Shown here: positions 1-10,689 of the stretch, one piece after another
Numbering within the stretch: position 1 is the stretch's first letter
Layout: every line of letters begins with the position of its first letter
From: Candidatus Hydrothermarchaeum profundi
GTDB taxonomy: Archaea > Hydrothermarchaeota > Hydrothermarchaeia > Hydrothermarchaeales > Hydrothermarchaeaceae
Direction: 5' to 3'
DNA: 64,000 nt
Assembly (NCBI GenBank): GCA_002011125.2
Contig: MTMF02000009.1
Coordinates: 84,332-148,331 of the forward strand
Made by a program: the position numbers and the translations under genes
The notes under the pieces: generated by a model
The model's database searches: none
What the model was told of the DNA's origin: nothing
The model's input: only the letters and a program-made list of their open reading frames with translations

Positions 1-1
1 C

Positions 2-886
2 AAGAAAGATGGGTTTTTACTTGTTGATCTCACTGCTATTCACGTTCATGGAAAAAATTATGAGAACGTAAAGAAGCTCTATGATGCATCATTAGAGAAA
101 GTGGTTACCGGCTATGAACCAATGGTTTTATCATATACGGATGGACATAAATTCTATCCAGTGGCCTTTCTTACTCAGGAGAAAAAGACAGACTCATTGC
201 CCTCACTCATAAAGAAGTCTTGGAACTTTTTAGGCACTAAGGTAAACAAAATTGTATTTGATGGCGGATTCTATAGCATTCCTTTGTTTAACGAGCTGGA
301 TGATATGGGCATAATCTTTGTCACCAAGCCTAGGAAAAACTCCCAAGTCTTTTACGGAATCCATATGCTGACCTTTGAGAAGCTTTCAACCGAGTGGATA
401 AAGAAAGTCAAGTATTCCCGAAAATATGGGTGGCGTTATGCAGAATGGAAGGCATATTTGCCGAGATTTGGTGAAATCAAAATTGTAAAGCTACTAGATA
501 AAAATCAAGAAGTATTGCTCATTACTAATGACGAAGATATGCCAGCAGAGGAGGTTATAAAGGCCTACAAGATGCGCTGGCAAACAGAGACAATGTTCAG
601 AGAGTGCAAGCAGAATCTCGGGCTAAACAACCTGCCTACTGGCAAGTTCTCGGGGATTATAGCTCATATCTTCTTTGTCTTACTAGGCTACATACTAATA
701 TCCCTTTTTAAGAGGGTTGAGAAAGACTTTAACGGTAGAAGCATCTCCACAATTATAAGAATGCTTATCAGGGTGACCGCAGATATTATAAGGAGTGGAA
801 GGGAGATCGTGGTCTCGATAGTGTGTGGGTTCAAATATTACTATCTCCTCTTCACAGAAAGATTGCGTAGTCTATTAGAAAAATAA
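2..886 (+). mobile_element. IS4-family DDE transposase gene, 5-prime end cut by the window edge
   Basis: Frame 2 is open from nt 2 (KKDGFLLVDLTAIHVHG...), upstream of the tracked Met at 101. Candidate DDE aspartates lie in LLVDLTA and IVFDGGFY. YKMRWQTETMFRECK is an exact Y-x2-R-x3-E-x6-K signature typical of IS4-type transposases. Confidence 0.85.
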
Positions 887-901
887 GGGAGGTGAAATAT
901 C

Positions 902-2257
902 ATGGTAAAACTAACGTTTCACGGCGGTGTTGGAGAAATTGGTGGGAATAAGATCCTACTCGAAGACGAAAACACCAGCATCCTATTAGACTTTGGGAAA
1001 AACTTTGAGAAGGAGAGAAGATACTACGACGAGCCCTACATAAAACCGAGAGAAGAGAAACATCTCATATATCTCGGCCTGCTTCCAAAGATAGAGGGAC
1101 TATACAAGAAAGATGAGAGAGAACCCTCCATCGACGCTATATTATTTACCCATCCACATGCAGATCACGTAGACTATGTGAGATATGTAAAAGACTCCAT
1201 CCCTCTATACTGCGGTGAAACTGCAAAGACAATGATCCTAGCCAAGGAGATGTCAGCTTCAGGGCATCTAAAAGAATATAAGATTGCAAGGATGACCAGA
1301 GACTCCGTGGATGTGCCTAAGACCTTCAAGACGTTCAGAACCGGTGATAAAAAGAGGCTGGGCTCTATTGAAATCGAGCCGATACACGTCGATCACTCTA
1401 CTCCGGGGGCCTACGCATATATACTCCACACATCGGGTGGGACAATAGTATATACTGGCGATTTTCGCCTGCACGGTCCGAGGGCGGAGATGAGCAGGGA
1501 GTTCGTCGAAAAAGCCAAGGAGGCATCTCCCGAGGCGCTTATCATCGAGGGGACGAACATAGTTGACGCAAAGACGGCCACTGAGAAAGAAGTAAAGGAG
1601 AAGATAAGTCGCATAGTCTCGGATGCCCCCCGGCTCGTATTAGCTGGATTCAGCCTAAACGACATTGATAGGCTAAAGACGTTCTACGAAGTTGCAAAGA
1701 AGAACGGGAGAAAGCTGGCCATGTCGATGAAACAGGCCTACATCGTATATAGGTTGAGAGAAGAGAGCTTCCCCATATTCAGGTTAAACGATCCAAATAT
1801 ACTCATCTTTCAGAGGGAAAAAAGAACAACCTATAAGTGGGAGAAAGAGGTCATCGACAATTTCAGCGATAATGTTGCTACAGGTAGAGATATAAACGCC
1901 ATGCAGGGGGAAGTGCTCCTCGCAGCGTCCTTCTATGACATGAACGAGATGGTTGAGATCCTGCCTGAAAGTGGGAGCATATACATCCTCTCGCAGAGTG
2001 AGCCCTTTAACGAGGAGATGGAGATAAACCATGAGAAGATGCTAAACTGGCTGGAGAGATGCGGGCTACCCCTATACCAAGTCCATGCCTCAGGACATGC
2101 AGACCCGCATCAGCTTAAATGGGCGATCTCCGAGATAGGTGCGAAAAAAGTCTTCACCATACACACAGAAAGACCAAGGCTAATGGCAAGATACATGTCT
2201 GACCTAGATACAGAAATAATCTCCCCGACAGAAGGCGAAATGTATGCTGTCGAATAG
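902..2257 (+). CDS. rnj: Archaeal RNase J-like beta-CASP metallo-beta-lactamase ribonuclease
   Basis: 451 aa. N-terminal KLTFHGGVGEIGGNKILLED, HxHxDH motif (THPHADHVDY) and C-terminal HASGHA fit a beta-CASP MBL nuclease of aRNase J size. GGGAGGTGA Shine-Dalgarno lies upstream of the ATG. Confidence 0.75.
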   Translation: MVKLTFHGGVGEIGGNKILLEDENTSILLDFGKNFEKERRYYDEPYIKPREEKHLIYLGLLPKIEGLYKKDEREPSIDAILFTHPHADHVDYVRYVKDSIPLYCGETAKTMILAKEMSASGHLKEYKIARMTRDSVDVPKTFKTFRTGDKKRLGSIEIEPIHVDHSTPGAYAYILHTSGGTIVYTGDFRLHGPRAEMSREFVEKAKEASPEALIIEGTNIVDAKTATEKEVKEKISRIVSDAPRLVLAGFSLNDIDRLKTFYEVAKKNGRKLAMSMKQAYIVYRLREESFPIFRLNDPNILIFQREKRTTYKWEKEVIDNFSDNVATGRDINAMQGEVLLAASFYDMNEMVEILPESGSIYILSQSEPFNEEMEINHEKMLNWLERCGLPLYQVHASGHADPHQLKWAISEIGAKKVFTIHTERPRLMARYMSDLDTEIISPTEGEMYAVE

Positions 2258-2435
2258 TTGGGACTTTAAAAGCTATTTCGCACATTCTTCTCTCTAAATA
2301 AAATTCTTATAAGGTTATTTTTTAGTAAAATGTAAATATATTGCTTAAATATAATTTTTTACTATTGATTCTGGAGGTAAGGTAACATGGGTGAGATAAC
2401 TAAAAAGGAATTTAGGCCTTTAAGTTTAATAGACC

Positions 2436-2687
2436 ATGAAGCTTTTATTAATGAAAAAGGGTTTGAAAATACCACAGAAAATCAACGGTGCTAGTATACT
2501 AATGGTACCTATTTACATTATAGCAGGGTATGTATTCATCCCTTGGAGACTTTCAGACGCAGTTTATTCAAAGACGAGAAAATTACAAATTCTTGGAGCA
2601 TTCAAAGACCTATTTCTATATACTGCTACTGCTATGTTGATTGGTCTAGCATGGCCTCTCTACATAATAGGGAAAATCAAAAAATAA
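2436..2687 (+). CDS. Hypothetical small membrane protein (2 predicted TM helices)
   Basis: ORF with two hydrophobic stretches and no recognisable motif. It overlaps an SD-preceded 35-codon ORF (2388..2495) in another frame, so the gene model is uncertain. Confidence 0.3.
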   Translation: MKLLLMKKGLKIPQKINGASILMVPIYIIAGYVFIPWRLSDAVYSKTRKLQILGAFKDLFLYTATAMLIGLAWPLYIIGKIKK

Positions 2688-3228
2688 AAAAGCTCTTCAA
2701 TGGGAAAGGAGATCCCTCACATAATGGAATTGCCCCAAAAATTCTTCTACTACTTAGGAAATCCTAACCCAAAAACTAAGAGCTATTTACTTTTACTTCT
2801 AACCTACATAGAATTACTCGCCACTACTTTCCCTCTATAATTTGATCTTCGTCCTCTCCCGTCGTATTCTAACACAGCTAAGCCTTTCGAATATTCAAGC
2901 TTGAATCATAGGCATAAAAGCCAGGGATTGAAAATCCACTATTTTGGACGAGTATTTTTGCTTGAGATATAGAATATTCTGGCACCACTAGATAAAAACG
3001 ATTCTTCCTTTGGCCAGGATTTATCACCACATGACAATCAGGGTTATTAGACTTTAGCCAAGATTTTACTTTTCTAACCATTCTATCATGCAGTTCTTAG
3101 TTTCGAGGGCTTCTCTTAACCGCCATATTCACTACCTCTCTAAACTATTAGATCTCTGAAAAGTTAAGTATCTTTCAAAATCCGGAGAAAAATATTAATT
3201 TATAGAAATTGTTCTTTATCAAGCCCAA

Positions 3229-3573
3229 TCATTTCCATAGTTTTTCCCATCGTTGATCTGAGCGTATTTCGTCCAAGGTATCTGCTAAACTACTCAAGTG
3301 TTCTCCAACGGTCTTAAGATTATCAGTGGCCTCATCTACGTGCCCTACAACATCCTCTAAATTTTGTGTAGCATCTCTGATATACTCTCCAACTTCTTCT
3401 AAGTTCTCAGTAGCATTTTGTAATACATTCACCACCCGCTCTAGTAATTTCAAGGCTTTACCAATCTGTCTCCCTGTCTGCCAAGTAAGATAAGCATATA
3501 CCAGAGTAGCGATTGCCAATACACCTGTAAATCCAGCCAACACCCATGTTGCTAATTCCAGTTCTCCGTCCAT
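3229..3573 (-). CDS. Membrane-anchored protein with four tandem ~14-residue helical repeats
   Basis: N-terminal TM helix (WVLAGFTGVLAIATLVYAYL) followed by repeats ATENLEEVGEYIRD / ATQNLEDVVGHVDE / ATDNLKTVGEHLSS / LADTLDEIRSD. Confidence 0.5.
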   Translation of the reverse strand: MDGELELATWVLAGFTGVLAIATLVYAYLTWQTGRQIGKALKLLERVVNVLQNATENLEEVGEYIRDATQNLEDVVGHVDEATDNLKTVGEHLSSLADTLDEIRSDQRWEKLWK

Positions 3574-3846
3574 GACAGTAAATATTAATATCCATTATAA
3601 AAAATATCCATCATAGTTAGGATGTAAAACAACCATATAAATCTCTCTATTTCTCGATTTTTCAATGTTTACATTTATAAATTAGATATAAAATCTAAGC
3701 AAACATACGTAGGTAGCAAAACAAGCTTGTTAGGAACTTCAGGGGCAACTCTTATATACGTCTAAAGCTAAATTTTAGGCGTGAAACCATTAAATTAGGT
3801 TGTGAAAAAGCCAATTCAATAAAAATCAAAGTTTTGAGTAAATGAT

Positions 3847-4329
3847 ATGGCCAAAATTAATGATGCTCCTCCAGAGATATTCAAAGCGGATAATTTATTA
3901 CAAAAAATCTTAAAAGAAGCAGAGCCTGCAAAAGACATGTTATTGGAGAGGCTTCGCACTTTACCACGCTACGAATCACACTTAGATGCTCCTTCTTTAC
4001 CGGGTGTCTATGTGATATGGGATGGAAAGAGGGTGGTTTATGCTGGTAGCTCAGGACACGGGGAAAAGACTGGTCTTAGGCAAAGGCTCTATAGGGTATT
4101 AAAACGCACGGGGCTGAGTCCTTTGAGGAAAGGCATAGCTAGAGACATAGGCCATCCAGAATATCAACCTAAGTCGAGAGGCCCAAGAAATCCAGAAATC
4201 GAGGAGAAAATAGACGATAGAGTTAGCTCATTGGTGTTTTCTTATATTGAAGCTAGTGATAGTAAATCTGCAAGGAATTTGGAACGCCTCATTATATCGC
4301 TTCTGGATCCAAAGTATAATAAGGGATAG
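3847..4329 (+). CDS. GIY-YIG nuclease-domain protein (putative)
   Basis: GVYVIWDGKRVVYAGSS matches the GIY-x(9-11)-YIG spacing. It is followed by a conserved-type Arg (LRQRLYR), a Glu (NLERLI) and a terminal YN. Confidence 0.55.
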   Translation: MAKINDAPPEIFKADNLLQKILKEAEPAKDMLLERLRTLPRYESHLDAPSLPGVYVIWDGKRVVYAGSSGHGEKTGLRQRLYRVLKRTGLSPLRKGIARDIGHPEYQPKSRGPRNPEIEEKIDDRVSSLVFSYIEASDSKSARNLERLIISLLDPKYNKG

Positions 4330-4424
4330 AAATTCCTTAAGATCTAGTTGACGGTTCCATTAAATTTCGAAAGGAACCATAAAGACGAAGAGGTGATTAA
4401 AAGATTTAAAAGGGGCGAAGGGAG

Positions 4425-4964
4425 ATGCCAAAGGAGTCAGAATGGCATAGAGAAGTTCGAGGGAAAATCGAGCGACATTTAAAGAACAAAAATATTAAAT
4501 TCAAATCCTCGCATTCCGGGGTCAAAGTCCCCTTATTTATAGACTTTAGTGACACTTCTAGGAGTAACCAATTGTCAGATGCAGATTTCATAATAATAAA
4601 AAACAAAACAATAAAATTCATCATTGAAATTGAGAAAGGGGCACCGACCCCAAAAAAGCTTATGGGTATTATAACGGCGGCCAATCTCTCAACCGCTTAT
4701 AAAAGACAGGAAGAAAAATTCAAGATTCAAAATGCAAAATTGTTCATAGTAACGGGAGATAAGGAGACGAATAAAATGAATAAACCTAAAAGCAAGAAGC
4801 TAGAGCAGTACCACAATATCAAGAAACATCTTAAATTGACCAAGGGTTCTCTGGTAGGGTTTGACATACTTACACTTATGGGCAAAAAAGATTTAGAGAA
4901 AATATATAGCGAAATAGACAGCATTATAAAAGTACCTCTGAGAAAAGAAGACAAAATGCCCTAA
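4425..4964 (+). CDS. Hypothetical protein with a PD-(D/E)xK-like nuclease motif
   Basis: SDADFIIIKNKTIKFIIEIEKG has the D-x(n)-E-x-K arrangement on alternating hydrophobic strands typical of the restriction-endonuclease fold. The C-terminal half is lysine-rich. Confidence 0.4.
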   Translation: MPKESEWHREVRGKIERHLKNKNIKFKSSHSGVKVPLFIDFSDTSRSNQLSDADFIIIKNKTIKFIIEIEKGAPTPKKLMGIITAANLSTAYKRQEEKFKIQNAKLFIVTGDKETNKMNKPKSKKLEQYHNIKKHLKLTKGSLVGFDILTLMGKKDLEKIYSEIDSIIKVPLRKEDKMP

Positions 4965-5059
4965 AAAGATTACAAAAGATTAGAGAAGTTGTTTGTGACA
5001 AATTTTTGCACAACTGCCTAATCTTTGTAATATATATACTTTTGGTAAGGAATTGAAAA

Positions 5060-5236
5060 ATGGCTAAAAAGAAAGGTAGAAAAGAAAGGATCACAGTATA
5101 TGTGTCCCCGTATTTATATAAAGAGATAAAAGAGATGATAAACCGGGGTGATTTCTCTTCAGAATCTGATGTGGGTTACCAAGCTTTATCAGCTTTTGTA
5201 AGCCAATATAAAAAAGAGAAAAAGAAGTCTAAATGA
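5060..5236 (+). CDS. Ribbon-helix-helix (CopG/Arc-like) small DNA-binding protein, 58 aa, not in the ORF track
   Basis: My translation: MAKKKGRKERITVYVSPYLYKEIKEMINRGDFSSESDVGYQALSAFVSQYKKEKKKSK. A basic N-terminus, a beta-strand (ITVYVS) and two helices give the RHH pattern. The stop codon overlaps the alaS stop convergently. Confidence 0.5.
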   Translation: MAKKKGRKERITVYVSPYLYKEIKEMINRGDFSSESDVGYQALSAFVSQYKKEKKKSK

Positions 5237-8200
5237 GCTTCTCTTTTATGTAACCTCTAACCCACTCCACGGCTTCCGATAATTTCTCTTTATCCGATCC
5301 AGCCCCCCTACCAAAATCGGGCTTACCCCCACCTCCCCCACCTAATATTGCGCATGCCTTCTTTATAAGCTCCCCCATATCGATATCTACCTTCTTACCA
5401 CGTACCCCTAAGACTGATATCCTCTCATTAACCCCGAACAAGACGACTATCCTTTCATCTCCTACTAACCTTTGAGCAGCCTTTTGGATCTCCTCCATGC
5501 CTCCCTCCATCTCCTCGCATATCAATTCATATTCACCCAATTTTTGGATATGGAGATGTTCAACCTTCTTCTGTGCAATCTCCTCGGTTAACTTCTCAAC
5601 TTCCTTTCTCTGCTCCTTCCAAGTCTCAAAGATAAGCTTACATAATTTCTGAAGACTCAACGGCTCTCCCATTCCTTTTTCTGTGAAAATCTTCAGTTCC
5701 TCGATATTTTTTTCCTTGAGATTCAAAGCCCTCCTCATCCTATTAATCTCCCTGTGATCACTAAAGATTTCATTTAAAAATCGCCTTATGGTGTCCCTAA
5801 TGCTCCTAGGAGGAACAGAAAAAACATCTGCAGCCTCACCTACCTCATCTATCAAAGCATCCACAAACTGGAGGTCGGCATCTGAGAGCGAACTTACAGG
5901 CTCTCTTTTTAGGACCTTCAATATCCTCTTGCTATTCTCTAATTTTCTCCTAGTCTTCACATCGGTGAGGCTGGGTACTAACCTTGAGATGACCTCATTA
6001 CTCATTAAGTCTTCAAGAATAGAGTTATAGGGCTCAAGTATCCTGTCAACAATATATCTCCTAGCAGCGTCTCCTGCCACGTACTCCAACCTAACTACGC
6101 CGTCCTGAATTTTAGTTGAACCTATAATCTTAATATGCTCAGCTTCCCCGGTAAAGTTTAGATGGGTACCTCCACATGCCTCTATGTCATACTCATCGAT
6201 TTTAACAACCCTTATCTCTTTACCAGGCACCGCACCTCCCTGATATAGTCGGAAACCAAATTTGGCTTCTGCTTCATCCCGCTTATAGATTCTTTTCTCT
6301 ACCGGGATATTCTGTTTTATAATCTCGTTAGCCCTCTTTTCAATTGCTTTCAATTCCTGCTTTGAAAGAGCAGAGTAATGAGTGATATCTAATCTAGATT
6401 TCTCAGGCGTCTTTTCTGCACCAGCCTGCCATACGTGCTCGCCAAGAAACTCTCTAGCCGCTCCATTAATAATATGAGTGGAAGTGTGATGTTGAGCCAG
6501 TTGCCTCCTACGAGCCCAGTCTATTTTACCTTTAACCACGTCTCCTTCATTGAACGACATCCTATCAACCCTGTGAACAATGACATTCCCCTGCTTAAAC
6601 ACATCGGTAACCCTGCAACCATCAAGATAGCCGGTATCTGTTAACTGTCCCCCGCTGGTTGGATAAAAAGCAGTCCTATCCAATACGACATATTTATCCT
6701 CAAATATCTTTAACACCTTAGCATCGAACTCGATGAGACTATAATCATCGTAATAAAGAATTTCAGTCTTATCTATACCCGACAAATCAAACTCCTTTAA
6801 TTTAGTGGCTTTAACTTCACCCTGCGACTGCTCATGGCGCTCTGAGACTCTTATAAAAAAATCTGAGGGTATTTTAATATCCAGACCCGCTTCCCTTAAC
6901 ATCTCTGGACTAATCCCCTGGGAGTCATAGAGCTCTATAAGTTTCTCTAACGATATATCCTCCCTTTTTAGCCTAGATACTATCCTCCTAGACTTAGCCT
7001 TAGTTTCAGAATACTTTTTCTTCTCGATATCTAAAATCTCTCCAACTTCCTCTAGATTTTCTGTAAGTTCCGGATACTGCGGCTTAAGATATCTCGCATG
7101 AAGATCACATACCTCTGGTAAAGAGACCTCCCAACCATTCTTATATATAAGATCTAAACTCCTCCTTATCAAAACCCTAAGATTATAACCCCCTCCCACG
7201 TTTGACGGGAGAGCTCCATCACTTAATGCTAGCAAGAGAGAGCGAGAATGGTCCCCTATTGAATAAATAGCCGCCAGCTTAAGGACTTTTTCCTTTAGCT
7301 CTTCTACATCCAGGCCTATTTTACCCGCTATCTCTACCCAAACTCTATCCATATCTGATTCTACAGTAAGAATACTCGAGTAGGGTATGAAATCTCCAAT
7401 TACTTCATTTCTCTCGACACCTGTGACATCTAATAAATGCTCAACGACTGTGGGGAATACCGCGTCATAGCTTGTCGGAGTACCTAACGTAAACCATGCA
7501 GGACGCTCTTGACCCATACCCATATCAAGAACCTTAATAGCAAGCTCCTTAGGAACTCCTGACTTTATGTCATATTGCATATACACTTGATTTCCTATCT
7601 CAAGTCCCCTAGAAAAGAATTCCATGCTAGGACCCATGTTTCCTCCCCCTGCCCATGCGTCCTCATGAAATTGAATTTCCCCTTTCGGTATTTTCATGCC
7701 TTCAACCAACCATGCATATATGTGTCGAAGATACTCGCTGGGCTTGTAGTTCTCAGGCTTTTCAAAAGCATGCTGTCCGATCATAACGAAACCGGTATAA
7801 TGCCTACCGGTAATGCCAACATTGTCAGTATCATTAAAACGTAAACAAAATTGAGGCACTACAAGAGGATTAGCCGGAGGATCTACTTCCCCAGAAACAC
7901 AATATGGTTGAAAATCATATATAGATGCCTGCACAAAATCCGTGTCATCTCTCCAACGAGCCACGACCGGATATCTCGGTATAGGAGTATACCCGAATCT
8001 TTCAAAGAGCTTTGCAAACTTTTTCCAAGTTTCAATATAGTCCATCTTATTCCTTGCTGGTGAATTTCCAATGAAGTCATATCCCCCAGAACACTCAGGC
8101 TCGCCACATACCTCCCTCTCAGAATAAGACCAAAAATAGCTACCGCATTTTACACATCTCTGTCTCTCAAATCCTTCTTCTATTAGTACCTCTACAGGAT

Positions 8201-8267
8201 AATATTTAGTCGGATCCTGCTGAGCTTTAATCTTAAACTGCTTTTTTATTTCCTTCTCGGAACGCAT
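5229..8267 (-). CDS. alaS: Alanine--tRNA ligase (archaeal type)
   Basis: 1012 aa. Class II core, editing-domain motif HHTSTHIINGAAREFLG...CGGTHL and a C-terminal GGGGGGKPDFGRG (DHHA1/C-Ala) region. Confidence 0.97.
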   Translation of the reverse strand: MRSEKEIKKQFKIKAQQDPTKYYPVEVLIEEGFERQRCVKCGSYFWSYSEREVCGEPECSGGYDFIGNSPARNKMDYIETWKKFAKLFERFGYTPIPRYPVVARWRDDTDFVQASIYDFQPYCVSGEVDPPANPLVVPQFCLRFNDTDNVGITGRHYTGFVMIGQHAFEKPENYKPSEYLRHIYAWLVEGMKIPKGEIQFHEDAWAGGGNMGPSMEFFSRGLEIGNQVYMQYDIKSGVPKELAIKVLDMGMGQERPAWFTLGTPTSYDAVFPTVVEHLLDVTGVERNEVIGDFIPYSSILTVESDMDRVWVEIAGKIGLDVEELKEKVLKLAAIYSIGDHSRSLLLALSDGALPSNVGGGYNLRVLIRRSLDLIYKNGWEVSLPEVCDLHARYLKPQYPELTENLEEVGEILDIEKKKYSETKAKSRRIVSRLKREDISLEKLIELYDSQGISPEMLREAGLDIKIPSDFFIRVSERHEQSQGEVKATKLKEFDLSGIDKTEILYYDDYSLIEFDAKVLKIFEDKYVVLDRTAFYPTSGGQLTDTGYLDGCRVTDVFKQGNVIVHRVDRMSFNEGDVVKGKIDWARRRQLAQHHTSTHIINGAAREFLGEHVWQAGAEKTPEKSRLDITHYSALSKQELKAIEKRANEIIKQNIPVEKRIYKRDEAEAKFGFRLYQGGAVPGKEIRVVKIDEYDIEACGGTHLNFTGEAEHIKIIGSTKIQDGVVRLEYVAGDAARRYIVDRILEPYNSILEDLMSNEVISRLVPSLTDVKTRRKLENSKRILKVLKREPVSSLSDADLQFVDALIDEVGEAADVFSVPPRSIRDTIRRFLNEIFSDHREINRMRRALNLKEKNIEELKIFTEKGMGEPLSLQKLCKLIFETWKEQRKEVEKLTEEIAQKKVEHLHIQKLGEYELICEEMEGGMEEIQKAAQRLVGDERIVVLFGVNERISVLGVRGKKVDIDMGELIKKACAILGGGGGGKPDFGRGAGSDKEKLSEAVEWVRGYIKEKLI

Positions 8268-8426
8268 GGTAACAGAAATTAAATGAAAAACATTTAAATA
8301 TTTCTAAGGAAGGGAAGTGAAAAAAGAAGCCATTTATGGAGAGGAGAGAGGAGGATATTCACTTCCCTAGATATATTGAGATATTATTAAATATATATCT
8401 AGATTTCCCAAAATTAAGCCCAGATT

Positions 8427-10385
8427 TTACCCAAATTCCTCGGTATAGCATCTAAGTACTTCTGCTACACTCCATGCCTGAGATATAGCGCCTTTTGGAG
8501 CATAAGGCGGGTCTCCATCGAATATCTCAGAAATACTGCCTAAGCCGGAATCATTAAGATGGGTTACGAGTTTATTTAAGAATTTTTTAACATGCGCGTT
8601 CCCATTAACCCTACGATATGCAGTGATAAAATGCCCCAACAGCCATGGCCACACGGTACCCTGATGATAAGCCAAGTCTCTAGATTCCTGATTTCCATAA
8701 TAGGTACCCTTATACTCCGATTCTCTAGGAGAAAGAGTTCTAAGGCCATAAGGAGTAAGAAGGTCTTTTTCTACAACTGCAACTACCCTTTTTGCTCTGC
8801 TTTTGCTAAGCATACTATAGGGTAGACTTACAGCCAATATTTGATTAGATCTAATAGACGGATCATTTTCACCATCCCTAACCACATCGAAAAGGCAGCC
8901 TGCATTAATATTCCAGAATTTTTCGTTAAAGCTACACATAGTTTTTTCAGCAAGAGTTGAGTAACTCGCAGAGTCGTATCCAAGTTTCCTTGAAATCTTT
9001 TCTGCAATCTTAAGTGAGTTATACCACAAAGCATTGATTTCGACCACTTTCCCTTCTCGAGGGGTTACAGGTTTACCATTAACTTGAGCATCCATCCAAG
9101 TATATTGGGAAGGAGACCATATTAGGTGATCAGACTCCATTCTAATACCATTAATCCCTCCCCTGTAAGCCTCAATGATCCCACACATAGTAGGCCATAA
9201 ATACCTAATAAAATCGAGATCTTGAGTATATTCTAAATATTTATCCACTGCATAAAAAAACCAGAGCGATGCATCTGCAGAATTATATTCCGGATCTCCG
9301 TCTTCAGTAAACCTGTTAGGTATTAAACCATGCTTACTAGCCCTGCAAAATGTCTCTAATATCTCTTTGGAGTCACCAAATCTCTCTGTAGCAAGAGTTA
9401 GCCCTGGCAGAGAAATCATAGTATCCCTCCCCCAATCATCAAACCAGTGATAGCCTGCTATTATCGACTTGCCCCTTCCTCTTTTAACTATAAAAGAATC
9501 AGCAGCAAGAGTTAGCTTCCTTAGGGTGCCTTTTTTCCCTTTTACTAAATTTTTCTTTCTTTTTACTTCAGCTTTAAAAAGACCTTCAAAATGATTAGAG
9601 TCCCGAGAAAATATTCTCCTAAAGCTTCCTTCGACTTTTCTGCCTCCGACTGCAAGGATGTTAAACTTTTCTCTGCCTTCAATTCTTATCCGAAATTCTC
9701 CAGGAGAGTAATGATCTTCAGTATCATCGTAACCTCTTTCCCCCTCTACATCGTATACCATATCATGGTACCAGCACCCATTTGGAAAAAACTCTGCTAG
9801 GTCAGAAGCTATCATTAAAGTAGGGGAGTTAATAAAATCTGGTGTCAATTTTACTATGCCCCTGCTGATCTCCTCTATAAAATCCCATCCAAGGTTACGT
9901 CTATGTAGATTAGAGTGAAAGCTCCTACAGTTGACTAAGGGCCTTATACGCATTTCTCCCTCCCCTACAGCCTCATAAGAAACAACTACAGCATTAAAAC
10001 CGTAGATAGTGTAGATCTTTTTCTTAACCTGAAGCCCATATACATCGTAACTAAATGTAGGGAAAAAGTCCAGAACAAAGCCTGTCTGATATTCATAGCC
10101 CCTAGGATAAATAGTGCCTGGGATATACTTATTTGTAGATATACTAAATGATCCTCCGCCAGTCAACAACTCTTCTTCTAACTTAGATAATAAAAGCCAA
10201 CGATTCACAGGAGGATTAAGGGCTGCTACTAATAAGCCGTGATATTTCCTACTGTTGAGACCTATCACCGTAGAAGAAGAATATCCGCCAAGGCCGTTTG
10301 AAACTAGCCACTCTTTTTTGCATCCTTCTTCTAGAGATAAATGTTCAAGAGAAAACATAGAAGGCTTAGCCGAAGAGAGCGCCAA
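8427..10385 (-). CDS. Glycogen debranching enzyme (archaeal amylo-alpha-1,6-glucosidase family)
   Basis: N-terminus [32 protein letters not shown] and a C-terminal (alpha/alpha)6 region with [19 protein letters not shown]. The tracked start overlaps rpl12 by 20 nt, so the Met at 10358 is a likelier start. Confidence 0.85.
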   Translation of the reverse strand: MALSSAKPSMFSLEHLSLEEGCKKEWLVSNGLGGYSSSTVIGLNSRKYHGLLVAALNPPVNRWLLLSKLEEELLTGGGSFSISTNKYIPGTIYPRGYEYQTGFVLDFFPTFSYDVYGLQVKKKIYTIYGFNAVVVSYEAVGEGEMRIRPLVNCRSFHSNLHRRNLGWDFIEEISRGIVKLTPDFINSPTLMIASDLAEFFPNGCWYHDMVYDVEGERGYDDTEDHYSPGEFRIRIEGREKFNILAVGGRKVEGSFRRIFSRDSNHFEGLFKAEVKRKKNLVKGKKGTLRKLTLAADSFIVKRGRGKSIIAGYHWFDDWGRDTMISLPGLTLATERFGDSKEILETFCRASKHGLIPNRFTEDGDPEYNSADASLWFFYAVDKYLEYTQDLDFIRYLWPTMCGIIEAYRGGINGIRMESDHLIWSPSQYTWMDAQVNGKPVTPREGKVVEINALWYNSLKIAEKISRKLGYDSASYSTLAEKTMCSFNEKFWNINAGCLFDVVRDGENDPSIRSNQILAVSLPYSMLSKSRAKRVVAVVEKDLLTPYGLRTLSPRESEYKGTYYGNQESRDLAYHQGTVWPWLLGHFITAYRRVNGNAHVKKFLNKLVTHLNDSGLGSISEIFDGDPPYAPKGAISQAWSVAEVLRCYTEEFG

Positions 10386-10680
10386 GCCCTTCTATAGCTT
10401 CTTCCTCTGAAACCTCTTCTTTCTTTTCTTCTTTTTCTTCCTCTTTCTTCTCTTCTGCTGGAGCTTCCGGTGCTGCTGGCGCAGCAGGTGCAACAGGTGT
10501 TACTGCTGCTTGCTTTATCGCCTCATCTATGTCTACTCCTTCCAGAGCCGCTACTAAAGCCTTCACCCTAGCTTCATCCGGCTTTATTCCCGGCGCCTTT
10601 AATACTTTTTTAATGTTTTCCTCGTTTATCTCTTTTCCAGCAGAGTGTAACAACATAGCAGCGTAAATGTATTCCATCAC
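10366..10680 (-). CDS. rpl12: Ribosomal stalk protein P1 (L12)
   Basis: [26 protein letters not shown], an Ala/Pro hinge, and an acidic tail ending [13 protein letters not shown]. Confidence 0.95.
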   Translation of the reverse strand: MMEYIYAAMLLHSAGKEINEENIKKVLKAPGIKPDEARVKALVAALEGVDIDEAIKQAAVTPVAPAAPAAPEAPAEEKKEEEKEEKKEEVSEEEAIEGLGALFG

Positions 10681-10689
10681 TTCACCTCC

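Noticed and set aside
2388-2495. SD-preceded 35-codon ORF (MGEITKKEFRPLSLIDHEAFINEKGFENTTENQRC) overlapping the start of the 2436..2687 ORF.
   Set aside because: No recognisable motif. It may indicate a frameshifted or mis-modelled small gene, but the evidence is insufficient to call either way.
5229-8267. Possible intein or insertion in the unusually long (1012 aa) AlaRS. The same question was asked for nrdJ, nrdD and PAN.
   Set aside because: The extra length lies in the charged helical linker before the C-Ala domain. There are no intein splice-junction or Hint-block motifs. The RNRs and PAN have normal lengths and contiguous motifs.
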